This document shows positions 1-7,725 of a stretch of 38,347 nucleotides of DNA, piece by piece (the first letter of the stretch is position 1; every line of letters starts with the position of its first letter). The notes beneath the pieces were generated by a model that was not told the DNA's origin, did no database searches, and saw only the letters and a list, made by a program, of their open reading frames with translations. Source of the DNA: a virus (lineage: Duplodnaviria; Heunggongvirae; Uroviricota; Caudoviricetes); IMG/VR virus record IMGVR_UViG_2718218452_000008, positions 1-38,347 of that record; one strand, given 5' to 3'. The translations under genes and the position numbers were made by a program.

Positions 1-174
1 TATCGCGTCCTCAACAATGAATTTTGTGATGCAGTGCCTGGTGCCTCCAGGTGACGTTAACCAGTTAACAATTAACGCCGGATACAGAGAATCCACCCAT
101 AACACTGTTTTTGGTTTTAACTGTTCCGCGTGCGCTCAGCCGCATTCACCACATCACAAAATTCACTTTAAAAA

Positions 175-227
175 GGGCGGCAGAGCAGTCACGGAGTAAA
201 ACTGATACCGCCAAACGTCACCAGAAA
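175..227 (-). ncRNA. dicF: DicF small regulatory RNA (53 nt)
   Basis: Reverse complement of 175-227 reads TTTCTGGTGACGTTTGGCGGTATCAGTTTTACTCCGTGACTGCTCTGCCGCCC, matching the DicF sequence as I recall it, followed by a T-run. It lies downstream of ydfC on the same strand, as in the Qin dicB operon. Confidence 0.8.
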
Positions 228-568
228 ATTGATAACAGAGGGCGTTGCAGCGGGGTTGTCACTTAAGCGTATGGTCAACCTGACAACCCGGTGTCCTCAA
301 CGGGGGAAGGAATAACCCCGCCATACTTACCGCCGCGCCATTTCGCGGATTGCCACAACCGGAAGCGCACGGTCGACGAAAATTTAACGACAGGCTATCT
401 ATGAACCAGCTACCTCGCCGTGCGCTTTCGCGTTATGGTCTGACTTTTCAGGGAAATATCCTTTCAGTAAACTGTCAGTGCCGGATGCTCACCCGTGTCC
501 GGCGCACGCACTCCACCTCATCCGTGGAGAACTCCTTAATTACCAACCTTAGCTTCGTTGGTTAGCTA

Positions 569-787
569 TTAACGCGGGTATGTAATCATTCTGGCAATGC
601 TTAATGTCGCTGCTTTTTCCAGATTAGTGATATCCTGCTCCAGAGCGGACAGATTTTCAGCCTGCTTAGCCCTGGCTTCATTGGCCCATTTCAGATCCTG
701 CGCTGCATTAATTTTCTGGCGCATCCACTCATAAAGTTCATCATCGGTATAGTCTGGCGCGATGATGACGGGTTCTCGTTTCTGCAT
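569..787 (-). CDS. ydfC: YdfC-like small protein (72 aa), dicB-operon member
   Basis: 72-aa ORF at the position and with the length expected for ydfC, between ydfB and dicF. The symbol is assigned by synteny and length, not by verified sequence identity. Confidence 0.55.
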   Translation of the reverse strand: MQKREPVIIAPDYTDDELYEWMRQKINAAQDLKWANEARAKQAENLSALEQDITNLEKAATLSIARMITYPR

Positions 788-816
788 ACTGATTCCTCGC
801 GGTGCTGTTTCGCTTA

Positions 817-945
817 TCAGCCGTTAGATTTTGCCGAACTGGAAAGTGCCTGTTTAAATTCGCTGAAGCTGAGAGCTTCTTCGCCTTCGGCAAGACCTTC
901 GAAGTATTCTTCGTAAGCCTTTTCCATGATTGTGTCGAAATCCAT
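817..945 (-). CDS. ydfB: YdfB-like small protein (42 aa)
   Basis: Not in the ORF track (under 60 aa). Reverse strand encodes MDFDTIMEKAYEEYFEGLAEGEEALSFSEFKQALSSSAKSNG. Its ATG at 943-945 sits directly after the ydfA stop (947-949), consistent with translational coupling and with K-12 ydfB length. Confidence 0.6.
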   Translation of the reverse strand: MDFDTIMEKAYEEYFEGLAEGEEALSFSEFKQALSSSAKSNG

Positions 946-946
946 A

Positions 947-1102
947 TCACCCACCTGAATTTCTTTCCAGCCAGCGACGCGCTCCAGATTCGGTTTTAAA
1001 CGTTTTGCTTTTGGTATACGTCATCGCGGTGAACGTACCGTCCTGGTTGGGGAACACGCCACATACCAGAGATTCGCTGTTGCCAAGATCGATAGTATCC
1101 AT
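947..1102 (-). CDS. ydfA: YdfA-like small protein (51 aa)
   Basis: Internal Met of the 947-1156 track ORF gives MDTIDLGNSESLVCGVFPNQDGTFTAMTYTKSKTFKTESGARRWLERNSGG, closely resembling K-12 YdfA as recalled. It is the first gene downstream of dicA behind an operator palindrome. Confidence 0.65.
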   Translation of the reverse strand: MDTIDLGNSESLVCGVFPNQDGTFTAMTYTKSKTFKTESGARRWLERNSGG

Positions 1103-1182
1103 GTTGACCTCATTTCCCCTTAACGCCGGGGTAGCGGAACTGTTTGCTGAGAACACCGTGCGGTGTGTTGATGCAAATAAGA

Positions 1183-1196
1183 TTAGCCATGGCTAA
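1183..1196. promoter_or_regulatory. Operator-like perfect palindrome TTAGCCATGGCTAA upstream of ydfA (candidate dicB-operon operator)
   Basis: Perfect 14-bp palindrome with TTAGC-N4-GCTAA arms. A second related dyad ATGTTA-N4-TAACAT lies at 1219-1234. Confidence 0.5.
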
Positions 1197-1268
1197 CATA
1201 TAGGTCAAGTAATTTTGTATGTTATGGCTAACATGATTGATGTGGTAAAAGATAACTCATTGATGATG

Positions 1269-1676
1269 TTATCTTTTATTTGTCCGCTGACGGGCTTTTA
1301 GTAATTCTTCAAAGAGTTTATTGAAGTTTTTTACTCGAGCTCGCATTTCGGCGAGCTGGGTATCCTGTTCTGATTCTGGCAGTGCATTAAACAGCTCAAG
1401 GAGCTCTAGTTCTTTGGGGGATAAGGCAACTGGCTTCTCAACAGGTGGTGTTGGTTGCTTGTCTTCATCGCCAAATAGAATCCATGTTGGTGAGCATTGC
1501 AATACTTTGCTGAGGGCAAAAAGGTTCTTCCCTGTAGGTTCACTATCATCCCGTTCCCATTGTGATACAGACACATGGGAGATTTTCAGGGCTTTAGCAA
1601 GAGACCTTTGGGTGTGTTTGAGGTTTTTCCGACGATACCTAATGCGTTCGCCGATAGTTAAATTTTTTGTTTCCAT
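1269..1676 (-). CDS. dicA: DicA-type XRE-family HTH repressor (135 aa)
   Basis: METKNLTIGERIRYRRKNLKHTQRSLAKALKISHVSVSQWER... is a classic XRE helix-turn-helix and near-identical to Qin DicA as recalled. It is divergent from a Cro-like gene. Confidence 0.9.
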   Translation of the reverse strand: METKNLTIGERIRYRRKNLKHTQRSLAKALKISHVSVSQWERDDSEPTGKNLFALSKVLQCSPTWILFGDEDKQPTPPVEKPVALSPKELELLELFNALPESEQDTQLAEMRARVKNFNKLFEELLKARQRTNKR

Positions 1677-1678
1677 AG

Positions 1679-1746
1679 TTAGCTAATGCTAAATCGTATT
1701 GACTATGTTTTTGTTAACATCTATTTTGTTAGTCATGACTAACAAT
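1679..1746. promoter_or_regulatory. Divergent dicA/dicC promoter-operator region with two dyads
   Basis: TTAGCTAATGCTAA at 1679-1692 (TTAGC-N4-GCTAA arms) and the perfect 20-bp palindrome TTGTTAGTCATGACTAACAA at 1727-1746, in the 83-bp gap between the dicA and dicC starts. Confidence 0.55.
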
Positions 1747-1759
1747 AAAGGTGTTTTAA

Positions 1760-1990
1760 ATGCTTAAAACTGACGCTCTTTTGTATTTCGGTTCAAAAAC
1801 AAAACTTGCACAAGCAGCAGGTATTCGTTTGGCTTCGCTTTATAGCTGGAAAGGGGATTTAGTTCCCGAAGGTCGCGCGATGCGTCTACAGGAGGCATCT
1901 GGCGGGGAGCTTCAGTATGATCCCAAAGTTTATGATGAATATCGTAAGACGAAGCGGGCGGGGCGGTTGAACAATGAAAATCACTCCTGA
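1760..1990 (+). CDS. dicC: DicC, Cro-like regulator (76 aa)
   Basis: MLKTDALLYFGSKTKLAQAAGIRLASLYSWKGDLVPEGRAMRLQEASGGELQYDPKVYDEYRKTKRAGRLNNENHS matches Qin DicC as recalled and is divergent from dicA. Confidence 0.85.
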   Translation: MLKTDALLYFGSKTKLAQAAGIRLASLYSWKGDLVPEGRAMRLQEASGGELQYDPKVYDEYRKTKRAGRLNNENHS

Positions 1991-2495
1991 ACAGGCTCGT
2001 GAGGCTCTGGATGCCTGGATATGTCGACCAGGAATGACACAGGAGCAGGCGACGATATTAATCACTGAAGCATTCTGGGCTTTGAAAGAGCGCCCGAACA
2101 TCGATGTTCAGCGTGTCACAGATGAAGGTGGCGCGGTTGATCAGCGAGCGCTTGGCGTTAATCGAGTGAAGATATTCGAACGCTGGAAGGCTATCGACAC
2201 CAGGGATAAGCGTGAAAAGTTCACGGCGCTAGTGCCTGCGATTATGGAGGCTATCCGGATTAGTGATTTCAGGTTGTATCGTGAGATCAGTGATGGAAAA
2301 AGTATTACGTACATGATCGCCGGGTTAAATAAAGAATATGGCGATGTGGTGGAATCCGGACTGCTTTTTGCAGATCCTGCCGTTGTAGATCGTGAAACTG
2401 ACGAACTTATAGAAAAAGCAATTGCTTTCAAGCTTGCGTATCGACAGCAATACCAACAAAAAGCTGGATGGAATTATGAGTCTTCTTTTTGCTGA
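1974..2495 (+). CDS. YdaT-like protein (CII-analog family of Rac/Qin-type prophages)
   Basis: 173-aa ORF overlapping the dicC 3' end. The motif block VKIFERWKAIDTRDKREKFTALVPAIMEAI resembles K-12 YdaT as recalled. Confidence 0.6.
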   Translation: MKITPEQAREALDAWICRPGMTQEQATILITEAFWALKERPNIDVQRVTDEGGAVDQRALGVNRVKIFERWKAIDTRDKREKFTALVPAIMEAIRISDFRLYREISDGKSITYMIAGLNKEYGDVVESGLLFADPAVVDRETDELIEKAIAFKLAYRQQYQQKAGWNYESSFC

Positions 2496-3441
2496 ACGCC
2501 CACTGGTTATAAACACGCAGCTGGCAATGAAAATTGGCTTAAACGAAGCCATTGTTTTGCAACAACTGCACTACTGGTTGAGAGATACCAACTCCGGCAT
2601 GGAATGTGATGGTGTTCGCTGGATTTATAACACAACGGAACAATGGCTGGAACAGTTCCCATTCTGGTCAGAGTCAACGTTAAAGCGCGCGTTTGCAAGT
2701 CTGAAAACGCTGGGGCTTTTGCGTTGTGAAAAGCTCAATAAATCAAAGCGCGATATGACCAATTTCTACACGATCAACTACGGGAGCGAGCTTTTAGATG
2801 GTGGCAAATTGAGCGAATCCATCGGTTTAAAATGCGCCGCTCCATCAGGTCAAAATGACACGATGGAAGAGGTCAAAATGAAACGCTCCATTGGTTCAAA
2901 ACGACTCAATGTCATCGGGTCAAAATGGCCTGATGATCTTACAGAGAATACAACAGAGATTACTACAGAGAATAAAAAGACTTCTCGTCCGGAAGCTTCG
3001 CAACCGGACCCGCAGACGGTTGAACAGGATTTTTTAACCCGACACCCTGACGCGGTTGTGTTCAGTGCGAAAAAACGCCAGTGGGGCAGCCAGGAAGATT
3101 TGGCGTGTGCGCAGTGGATCTGGGGGCGAATCGTGAGTCTTTACGAGCAGGCCGCCAGCGATGATGGCGAGATTTCGCGACCGAAAGAACCCAACTGGAC
3201 CGCATGGGCCAACGACGTGCGCACAATGCGGATGCTGGATGGCAGAACTCACAGACAAATTTGTGAAATGTTTGGTCGGGTGCAGCGGGATCCATTCTGG
3301 GTAAAAAATATCATGAGTCCGTCAAAGCTTCGCGAAAAATGGGATGAACTGGTTATCCGCCTGGGGCGTTCGTCTGTACAGCGTTGTGTGAATCATATTT
3401 CTGAGCCGGATACCGAAATTCCGCCGGGCTTCAGGGGGTAA
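2476..3441 (+). CDS. Phage replication initiation protein (O-like, N-terminal winged-helix, iteron-containing)
   Basis: N-terminus LLFAERPLVINTQLAMKIGLNEAIVLQQLHYWL... is typical of prophage replication initiators, and the gene contains internal iterons. Start chosen at ATG 2476; the track ORF starts at TTG 2422. Confidence 0.7.
   Translation: MSLLFAERPLVINTQLAMKIGLNEAIVLQQLHYWLRDTNSGMECDGVRWIYNTTEQWLEQFPFWSESTLKRAFASLKTLGLLRCEKLNKSKRDMTNFYTINYGSELLDGGKLSESIGLKCAAPSGQNDTMEEVKMKRSIGSKRLNVIGSKWPDDLTENTTEITTENKKTSRPEASQPDPQTVEQDFLTRHPDAVVFSAKKRQWGSQEDLACAQWIWGRIVSLYEQAASDDGEISRPKEPNWTAWANDVRTMRMLDGRTHRQICEMFGRVQRDPFWVKNIMSPSKLREKWDELVIRLGRSSVQRCVNHISEPDTEIPPGFRG
2824..2929. repeat. Five direct iterons (GGT-C/T-AAAA-T/C-G core) inside the replication initiator gene: candidate origin
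   Basis: Copies start at 2824, 2848, 2871, 2893 and 2918 (spacing 22-25 bp): ggtttaaaatg, ggtcaaaatg, ggtcaaaatg, ggttcaaaacg, ggtcaaaatgg. The arrangement parallels lambda ori inside O. Confidence 0.6.
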
Positions 3442-3481
3442 GTGTTAATTTCTGGTCATGAGGTAATTTTCAGGAGGGCTT

Positions 3482-3904
3482 GTGGCAAAAGTTTTTACAC
3501 AAGAAGAGCGGGAAAAAATTAAAGGGCAGGTTGTTGAACTCGTACGCCGGAGTGGGCGTGAGACGTTACGGCAACTGGAAGTCAAGACAGGTGCGACAAG
3601 ATATCTGATGAGCGTTCTCGCAAGAGAGCTGGTTGCCAGCGGCGATGTATACAACTCTGGTTACGGGTTATTCCCGTCTGAACAGGCGCGTAAGGACTGG
3701 CAAAATGCCCGTAAAAAGCTCTCAAGGGCAAAGCTGAAGGAACCATCTGCGGTTGATCCGGACCTTATCTGGTCATTACCTGACGGAGAAATACGTCGCT
3801 ACGACAGGCGTCAGAACATAATCTGTCGCGAGTGCCGGAAGAGTGAAGTTATGCAGCGCATACTAGCATTCTATCAGGGAAATGCTCGATATTTATTGAA
3901 GTGA
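3482..3904 (+). CDS. Hypothetical protein (140 aa)
   Basis: GTG start 5 nt after a strong AGGAGGG Shine-Dalgarno; normal GC; no recognisable motif. Confidence 0.5.
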   Translation: MAKVFTQEEREKIKGQVVELVRRSGRETLRQLEVKTGATRYLMSVLARELVASGDVYNSGYGLFPSEQARKDWQNARKKLSRAKLKEPSAVDPDLIWSLPDGEIRRYDRRQNIICRECRKSEVMQRILAFYQGNARYLLK

Positions 3905-4156
3905 TGAGATTAAAGTTTATTAGTTCAGATATTGATTGGCTCTTTTGTGGAGTAGGGTAGAGTTAGTGTGTTTGTCTGCTTGGTGCCAGCAGCGGATATG
4001 TTTAACAACAGAAAGCATTCAGCATGGTTAGTGGATTTGCAAAGTGGATTAGGATTTGAGAAACTTTGATGAAGTTGTAAAGCTTGTTTCTATAAAAATA
4101 GAAATTTAACTAATAGTTAAACACACCTCCAGCTTCATTGAAAAGGATTATTAGCT

Positions 4157-5056
4157 ATGATTGATCCACTTATTAGAAACTTACAGAGTGATATTGCACT
4201 ACTCCAGCTTTATATCGCGCAACGCAAACAGGCAGGCTTTCATGACATGGAAAGAATAATTGAGTCATTGACCATCTTTATGTTTCGCGCGCTGAAAATG
4301 GGTGAACTGGTAAACATGAATCAGATTAAAGTTAATTTTCCCGCCATTGATTTAGCTGATAATAAAAACATGATAGCAGTTCAAGTTACTACGAATGCAA
4401 GTCCAGCAAAAATTAAAAAAACTATCGAATCTTTTGAGAAAATAAATGAAATAGGAGAGAGTCTGAAAGATAAATACTCTACTTTATATATTTTTGGTTT
4501 TTGTAAAGCCTCAAGATACCTAACTCCAAGTTATTGTAAAATAATCGACCCCAGCTATTTCGTGAATGAACTTTGCGATAAAGCAGATGAAGATATGGTC
4601 CAGGATATGATTGACGCCATTCGACGCCATCATGATTATACATCATTACATCCATGGAGTGATAAAGATTCACTCGAAATTATACTCAATATTATTAATC
4701 GCAATGCAATAAAACATCGGATGAGTTGCGAAGGCAGTCTGTCTGATATGCTCACTGGTTTAAAAGAAATTAATGAAGTAATTACAAAAGGAACAATTCA
4801 ACGTAAGCAACGTTCAAAATCGATATCTGACTTCAAAGATCAAAGCATGGTGAAATTTATGAGAGGTGTAATGGATGATTTGTCTGTTATTCAAGCCATA
4901 GTGAACAAATCTAAAGTTAACCAAGGTGATATGGTTTATATAAGCCATGAAGATATGATTAATATTGATAAATTAAAAGCTAAAATAGCAAGTGATTCAT
5001 CAGAGATTGCAAGGCTAAATAATATTGATATAACACTAAATGTTGTTGATTTATAA
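4157..5056 (+). CDS. Putative SMEK-domain protein (299 aa), low-GC accessory gene
   Basis: The N-terminal region (NFPAIDLADNKNMIAVQVTTNASPAKIKKTIESFEK...LYIFGFCKA) resembles the SMEK domain as I recall it. The gene is strongly AT-rich relative to flanking phage genes and has an AGGA Shine-Dalgarno. Confidence 0.6.
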   Translation: MIDPLIRNLQSDIALLQLYIAQRKQAGFHDMERIIESLTIFMFRALKMGELVNMNQIKVNFPAIDLADNKNMIAVQVTTNASPAKIKKTIESFEKINEIGESLKDKYSTLYIFGFCKASRYLTPSYCKIIDPSYFVNELCDKADEDMVQDMIDAIRRHHDYTSLHPWSDKDSLEIILNIINRNAIKHRMSCEGSLSDMLTGLKEINEVITKGTIQRKQRSKSISDFKDQSMVKFMRGVMDDLSVIQAIVNKSKVNQGDMVYISHEDMINIDKLKAKIASDSSEIARLNNIDITLNVVDL

Positions 5057-5370
5057 TTGTCGATTTAGCAAAACAGAGAATGCTTTGAAAGTTTCACCGA
5101 GAAATATTTATTGTGAACCTCCTTATTGTTTATCGACTTTTACTCTCCGCTCATTGCAGTACTGTCGGAGAAGGCTACTATGTACAAGAAGCAGCTAACA
5201 TAAGCGAGCATCACTATTGATATTAGGAAGAGTATATAAAAACTTCATGCTGAACCTTACAAAAGTAGGTAAACCGGCAATGGCCTAAGTGGCAGGGTCA
5301 TGTTGATCCGGCACTGCCGAGCTAATAATTAACAAGCAAATCACTCTTTCTAATAATTTGTTGAAATAAA

Positions 5371-6024
5371 CTAAATATGTATATGTTTACCAACAACCAC
5401 ATATGAACTACCTGCTTTGCTCCATGATTTTATTATTTCTAAATTATTATCTGAGCATATTTTACTTACAGTATCCACATCTAATAAACCATAGTAGAAA
5501 GCATTGCGAGAGTTTTGGTATATATACCCATGCAAATGTTTAATACCGCTCTCGTACCTCTTGAAATAAGAACTTTTGTATTGATTGACAATCAGTGCTT
5601 CACCATCACTCTTTAATAATTCTCTAATCGCACTGAGGACTTTGTGAATTGTGGATTCACATGGAATTGCGGAAAGCACGTTTGCGCAAAGTATGAAATC
5701 ATAATGATTTGTTATTTTATCTATATTTTCATAAGAAACAATATTAGCATTCTTATAGTTATTTATCACGTAATCTGGAATCGTGGTTTGTACACCTCTG
5801 ATAATTTGCACTCTTTCTAGTTGTCTTCTGGAATCTAAAAATGTCACAGTTTCAAATTTATTTACTAATTGTTCTGAATATCTAAGTTTTCCACATCCAA
5901 AATCAAGGGCATTGCCATTTTTATTAGTGCTTTCAATCTGTTTACAGAGATAGTTAGATGGCATAGTGTGCGGTTTCGCTGCATTTTCTGAACGTATGTT
6001 TATTCCATTTATTTTGTAATTCAA
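5371..6024 (-). CDS. Class I SAM-dependent methyltransferase (about 217 aa), not DNA-MTase-like
   Basis: Motif I ALDFGCGKLRYS, acidic end of beta-2 (VTFLDSRRQ), post-I ILCANVLSAIP, and LLKSDGEALIV. It lacks DPPY/NPPY and PCQ motifs. Probable TTG start at 6024 (GAGG 6 nt upstream) or 6030; starts 13 bp after the membrane-protein stop. Confidence 0.75.
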   Translation of the reverse strand: MNYKINGINIRSENAAKPHTMPSNYLCKQIESTNKNGNALDFGCGKLRYSEQLVNKFETVTFLDSRRQLERVQIIRGVQTTIPDYVINNYKNANIVSYENIDKITNHYDFILCANVLSAIPCESTIHKVLSAIRELLKSDGEALIVNQYKSSYFKRYESGIKHLHGYIYQNSRNAFYYGLLDVDTVSKICSDNNLEIIKSWSKAGSSYVVVGKHIHI

Positions 6025-6036
6025 AATCAACCTCGT

Positions 6037-6732
6037 TTAAAAAATATTGTTATTGTTAAAGAATTCTTTTATTTTGCTATCAGGTATTTGTCTTACTTGG
6101 CTTTCTGTTCTTGGTTTAACTGATGCTATGAAAATAAGGAAGTCAAATGCGACAAGAGAAATAATCCACAACCAAAGATTAATTAAAGAGCCAGTAACAG
6201 AGAATATATTTGTTAATTTGGCGATACTTATTATTAAAATAGTAACAAATGCGATTACTGTATGTTCAAAGAAAACCCAAAAGTAATAAACTTTGTTCCA
6301 GAAAAGTTCAACGTAATGTTTGTCTTTTAACTCTTTAACTTCTGGGTAATACAGTTTACTCATTACCTTGTGAGATTCATCAGTAGTTAATTTTCTCGTA
6401 ACGCCTGCAATTTTTGCTAATGGTTTAATAATTAAATGACTATCCCACATCTTCCTTATTCCAATAATTTTTGCTACATTATTATGTAGATCTAAAGCTC
6501 CACTAATTACTGACCAAAAAACTGAAGATGCAATTGGTAATATGCCAAAGGTTAATATCCATTTAATAAATTCCTCGTAGTCTTTAACGGGGGGGATATA
6601 CTTGGCATTAATGCCAACCAATGGCATGTAGCCATAAATGACTAATGATAGGTAAAATATAAATGTAGTAATAAAAGTCGCCTTATGGAGCATAGGCAAC
6701 ATTTCATTATAACTCTTTGGTGGTTCTAACAT
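6037..6732 (-). CDS. Predicted 4-TM integral membrane protein (231 aa), first gene of a two-gene operon with the methyltransferase
   Basis: Four long hydrophobic segments (ATFITTFIFYLSLVIYGYMPLVGI; FIKWILTFGILPIASSVFWSVISGAL; YYFWVFFEHTVIAFVTILIISIA; LINLWLWIISLVAFDFLIFIASV). ATG at 6732 has GGAG 7 nt upstream. Very AT-rich. Confidence 0.7.
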   Translation of the reverse strand: MLEPPKSYNEMLPMLHKATFITTFIFYLSLVIYGYMPLVGINAKYIPPVKDYEEFIKWILTFGILPIASSVFWSVISGALDLHNNVAKIIGIRKMWDSHLIIKPLAKIAGVTRKLTTDESHKVMSKLYYPEVKELKDKHYVELFWNKVYYFWVFFEHTVIAFVTILIISIAKLTNIFSVTGSLINLWLWIISLVAFDFLIFIASVKPRTESQVRQIPDSKIKEFFNNNNIF

Positions 6733-7173
6733 TTTACTCTCCAAACACTCAAAAAAAAGCTAATCTTCTATAATAACGAAATTCAGCTGGCACAATTAAA
6801 GATTAATTGCCACCAATTTCTTGATTTTATAATTTTATCTAAATGTTTTTGATTAATCTAGTCCTAAAAGAAACCTACTGCATAAATATTTATGCTGATG
6901 ACCCACTCCCTGTTCGTTAACACATAGCAACGTTAGTAATGCATCCTAAGTGATCAATATTTTTGCTAGCTTCATCTGCTCGCTCAAAGGGAACTATAAT
7001 GTTGGCTTGCGTGTGACTTGGCATGTTTAAAGAAGTGCTGGTGGTGACTGGTTGCTGTTTTCCATTTCCACAGAACAAAATCATAGAAACTATACCCAGT
7101 AGTTGTATTGAATCACTGACGAGACAGCCTCATATTTATCAGGACTGGTGTACGTCCAATACAGGAGGTTGTG

Positions 7174-7263
7174 GTGCTGGTTCTCAAATGTGCGCTGGCT
7201 ATTGCTGCTGTAATGGCAATTTATTGTCTTGCTGTTGTTCTTATGGATCACCTTTCTGATTGA
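7174..7263 (+). CDS. Candidate small hydrophobic peptide (29 aa)
   Basis: AGGAGG at 7163-7168 followed by a GTG start, encoding (M)VLVLKCALAIAAVMAIYCLAVVLMDHLSD, a single predicted TM helix. Not in the ORF track (under 60 aa). Confidence 0.3.
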   Translation: MLVLKCALAIAAVMAIYCLAVVLMDHLSD

Positions 7264-7474
7264 TTTCATATTGGCGAGGTAACGGTAGTTAAGTAGAATT
7301 GCTGCGGGTGCTTGAGGCTATCTGCCTCGGGCATCAACACCAAAGGCAGATAGAGAAAAGCCCCAGTTAACATTACGCGTCCGGCAAGACGCTTAACATT
7401 AATCTGAGGCCATATCTATGCTCTACACACGTAGGTTAGCCTCTTACGTGCCGAAAGGCAAGGAGAAGCAGGCT

Positions 7475-7630
7475 ATGAAGCAGCAAAAGGCGATGTTAAT
7501 CGCCCTGATCGTCATCTGTTTAACCGTCATAGTGACGGCACTGGTAACGAGGAAAGACCTCTGCGAGGTACGAATCCGAACCGGCCAGACGGAGGTCGCT
7601 GTCTTCACAGCTTACGAATCTGAGGAGTAA
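7475..7630 (+). CDS. hok: Hok/Gef-family type I toxin (51 aa)
   Basis: MKQQKAMLIALIVICLTVIVTALVTRKDLCEVRIRTGQTEVAVFTAYESEE is the Hok family signature and near-identical to K-12 HokD/RelF as recalled. The track ORF 7418-7630 extends in frame upstream. Confidence 0.85.
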   Translation: MKQQKAMLIALIVICLTVIVTALVTRKDLCEVRIRTGQTEVAVFTAYESEE

Positions 7631-7698
7631 GAGACCCGGCGGGGGAGAAATCCCTCGCCACCTCTGATGTGTCAGGCATTCTCAACGCACCCGCATTT

Positions 7699-7725
7699 AA
7701 CCCGCTTCGGCGGGTTTTTGTTTTT
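7699..7725 (+). terminator. Intrinsic terminator downstream of hok
   Basis: CCCGC-TTCG-GCGGG hairpin at 7701-7714 followed by TTTTTGTTTTT. Confidence 0.6.

Noticed and set aside
1-174. dicB downstream of dicF
   Set aside because: No frame in the reverse complement of 1-174 resembles DicB as recalled; only a short ATG frame and an edge-truncated frame needing a GTG start. Not called.
17-565. Plus-strand ORFs 17-199 and 350-565
   Set aside because: They overlap or flank the DicF locus on the opposite strand, have no ribosome-binding site, and encode low-complexity sequence; the region is better explained as the dicF-containing transcript.
4479-4673. 64-aa minus-strand ORF inside the SMEK gene
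   Set aside because: Antisense to a better-supported gene in AT-rich DNA; no ribosome-binding site.
7023-7259. 78-aa cysteine-rich ORF (CC, CCC and GGCG runs) upstream of hok
   Set aside because: No Shine-Dalgarno. Its unusual composition comes from reading GCTGCTG-rich DNA out of frame, and it overlaps the better-supported AGGAGG-preceded small ORF in another frame; considered as a possible microcin-like peptide but judged likely spurious.
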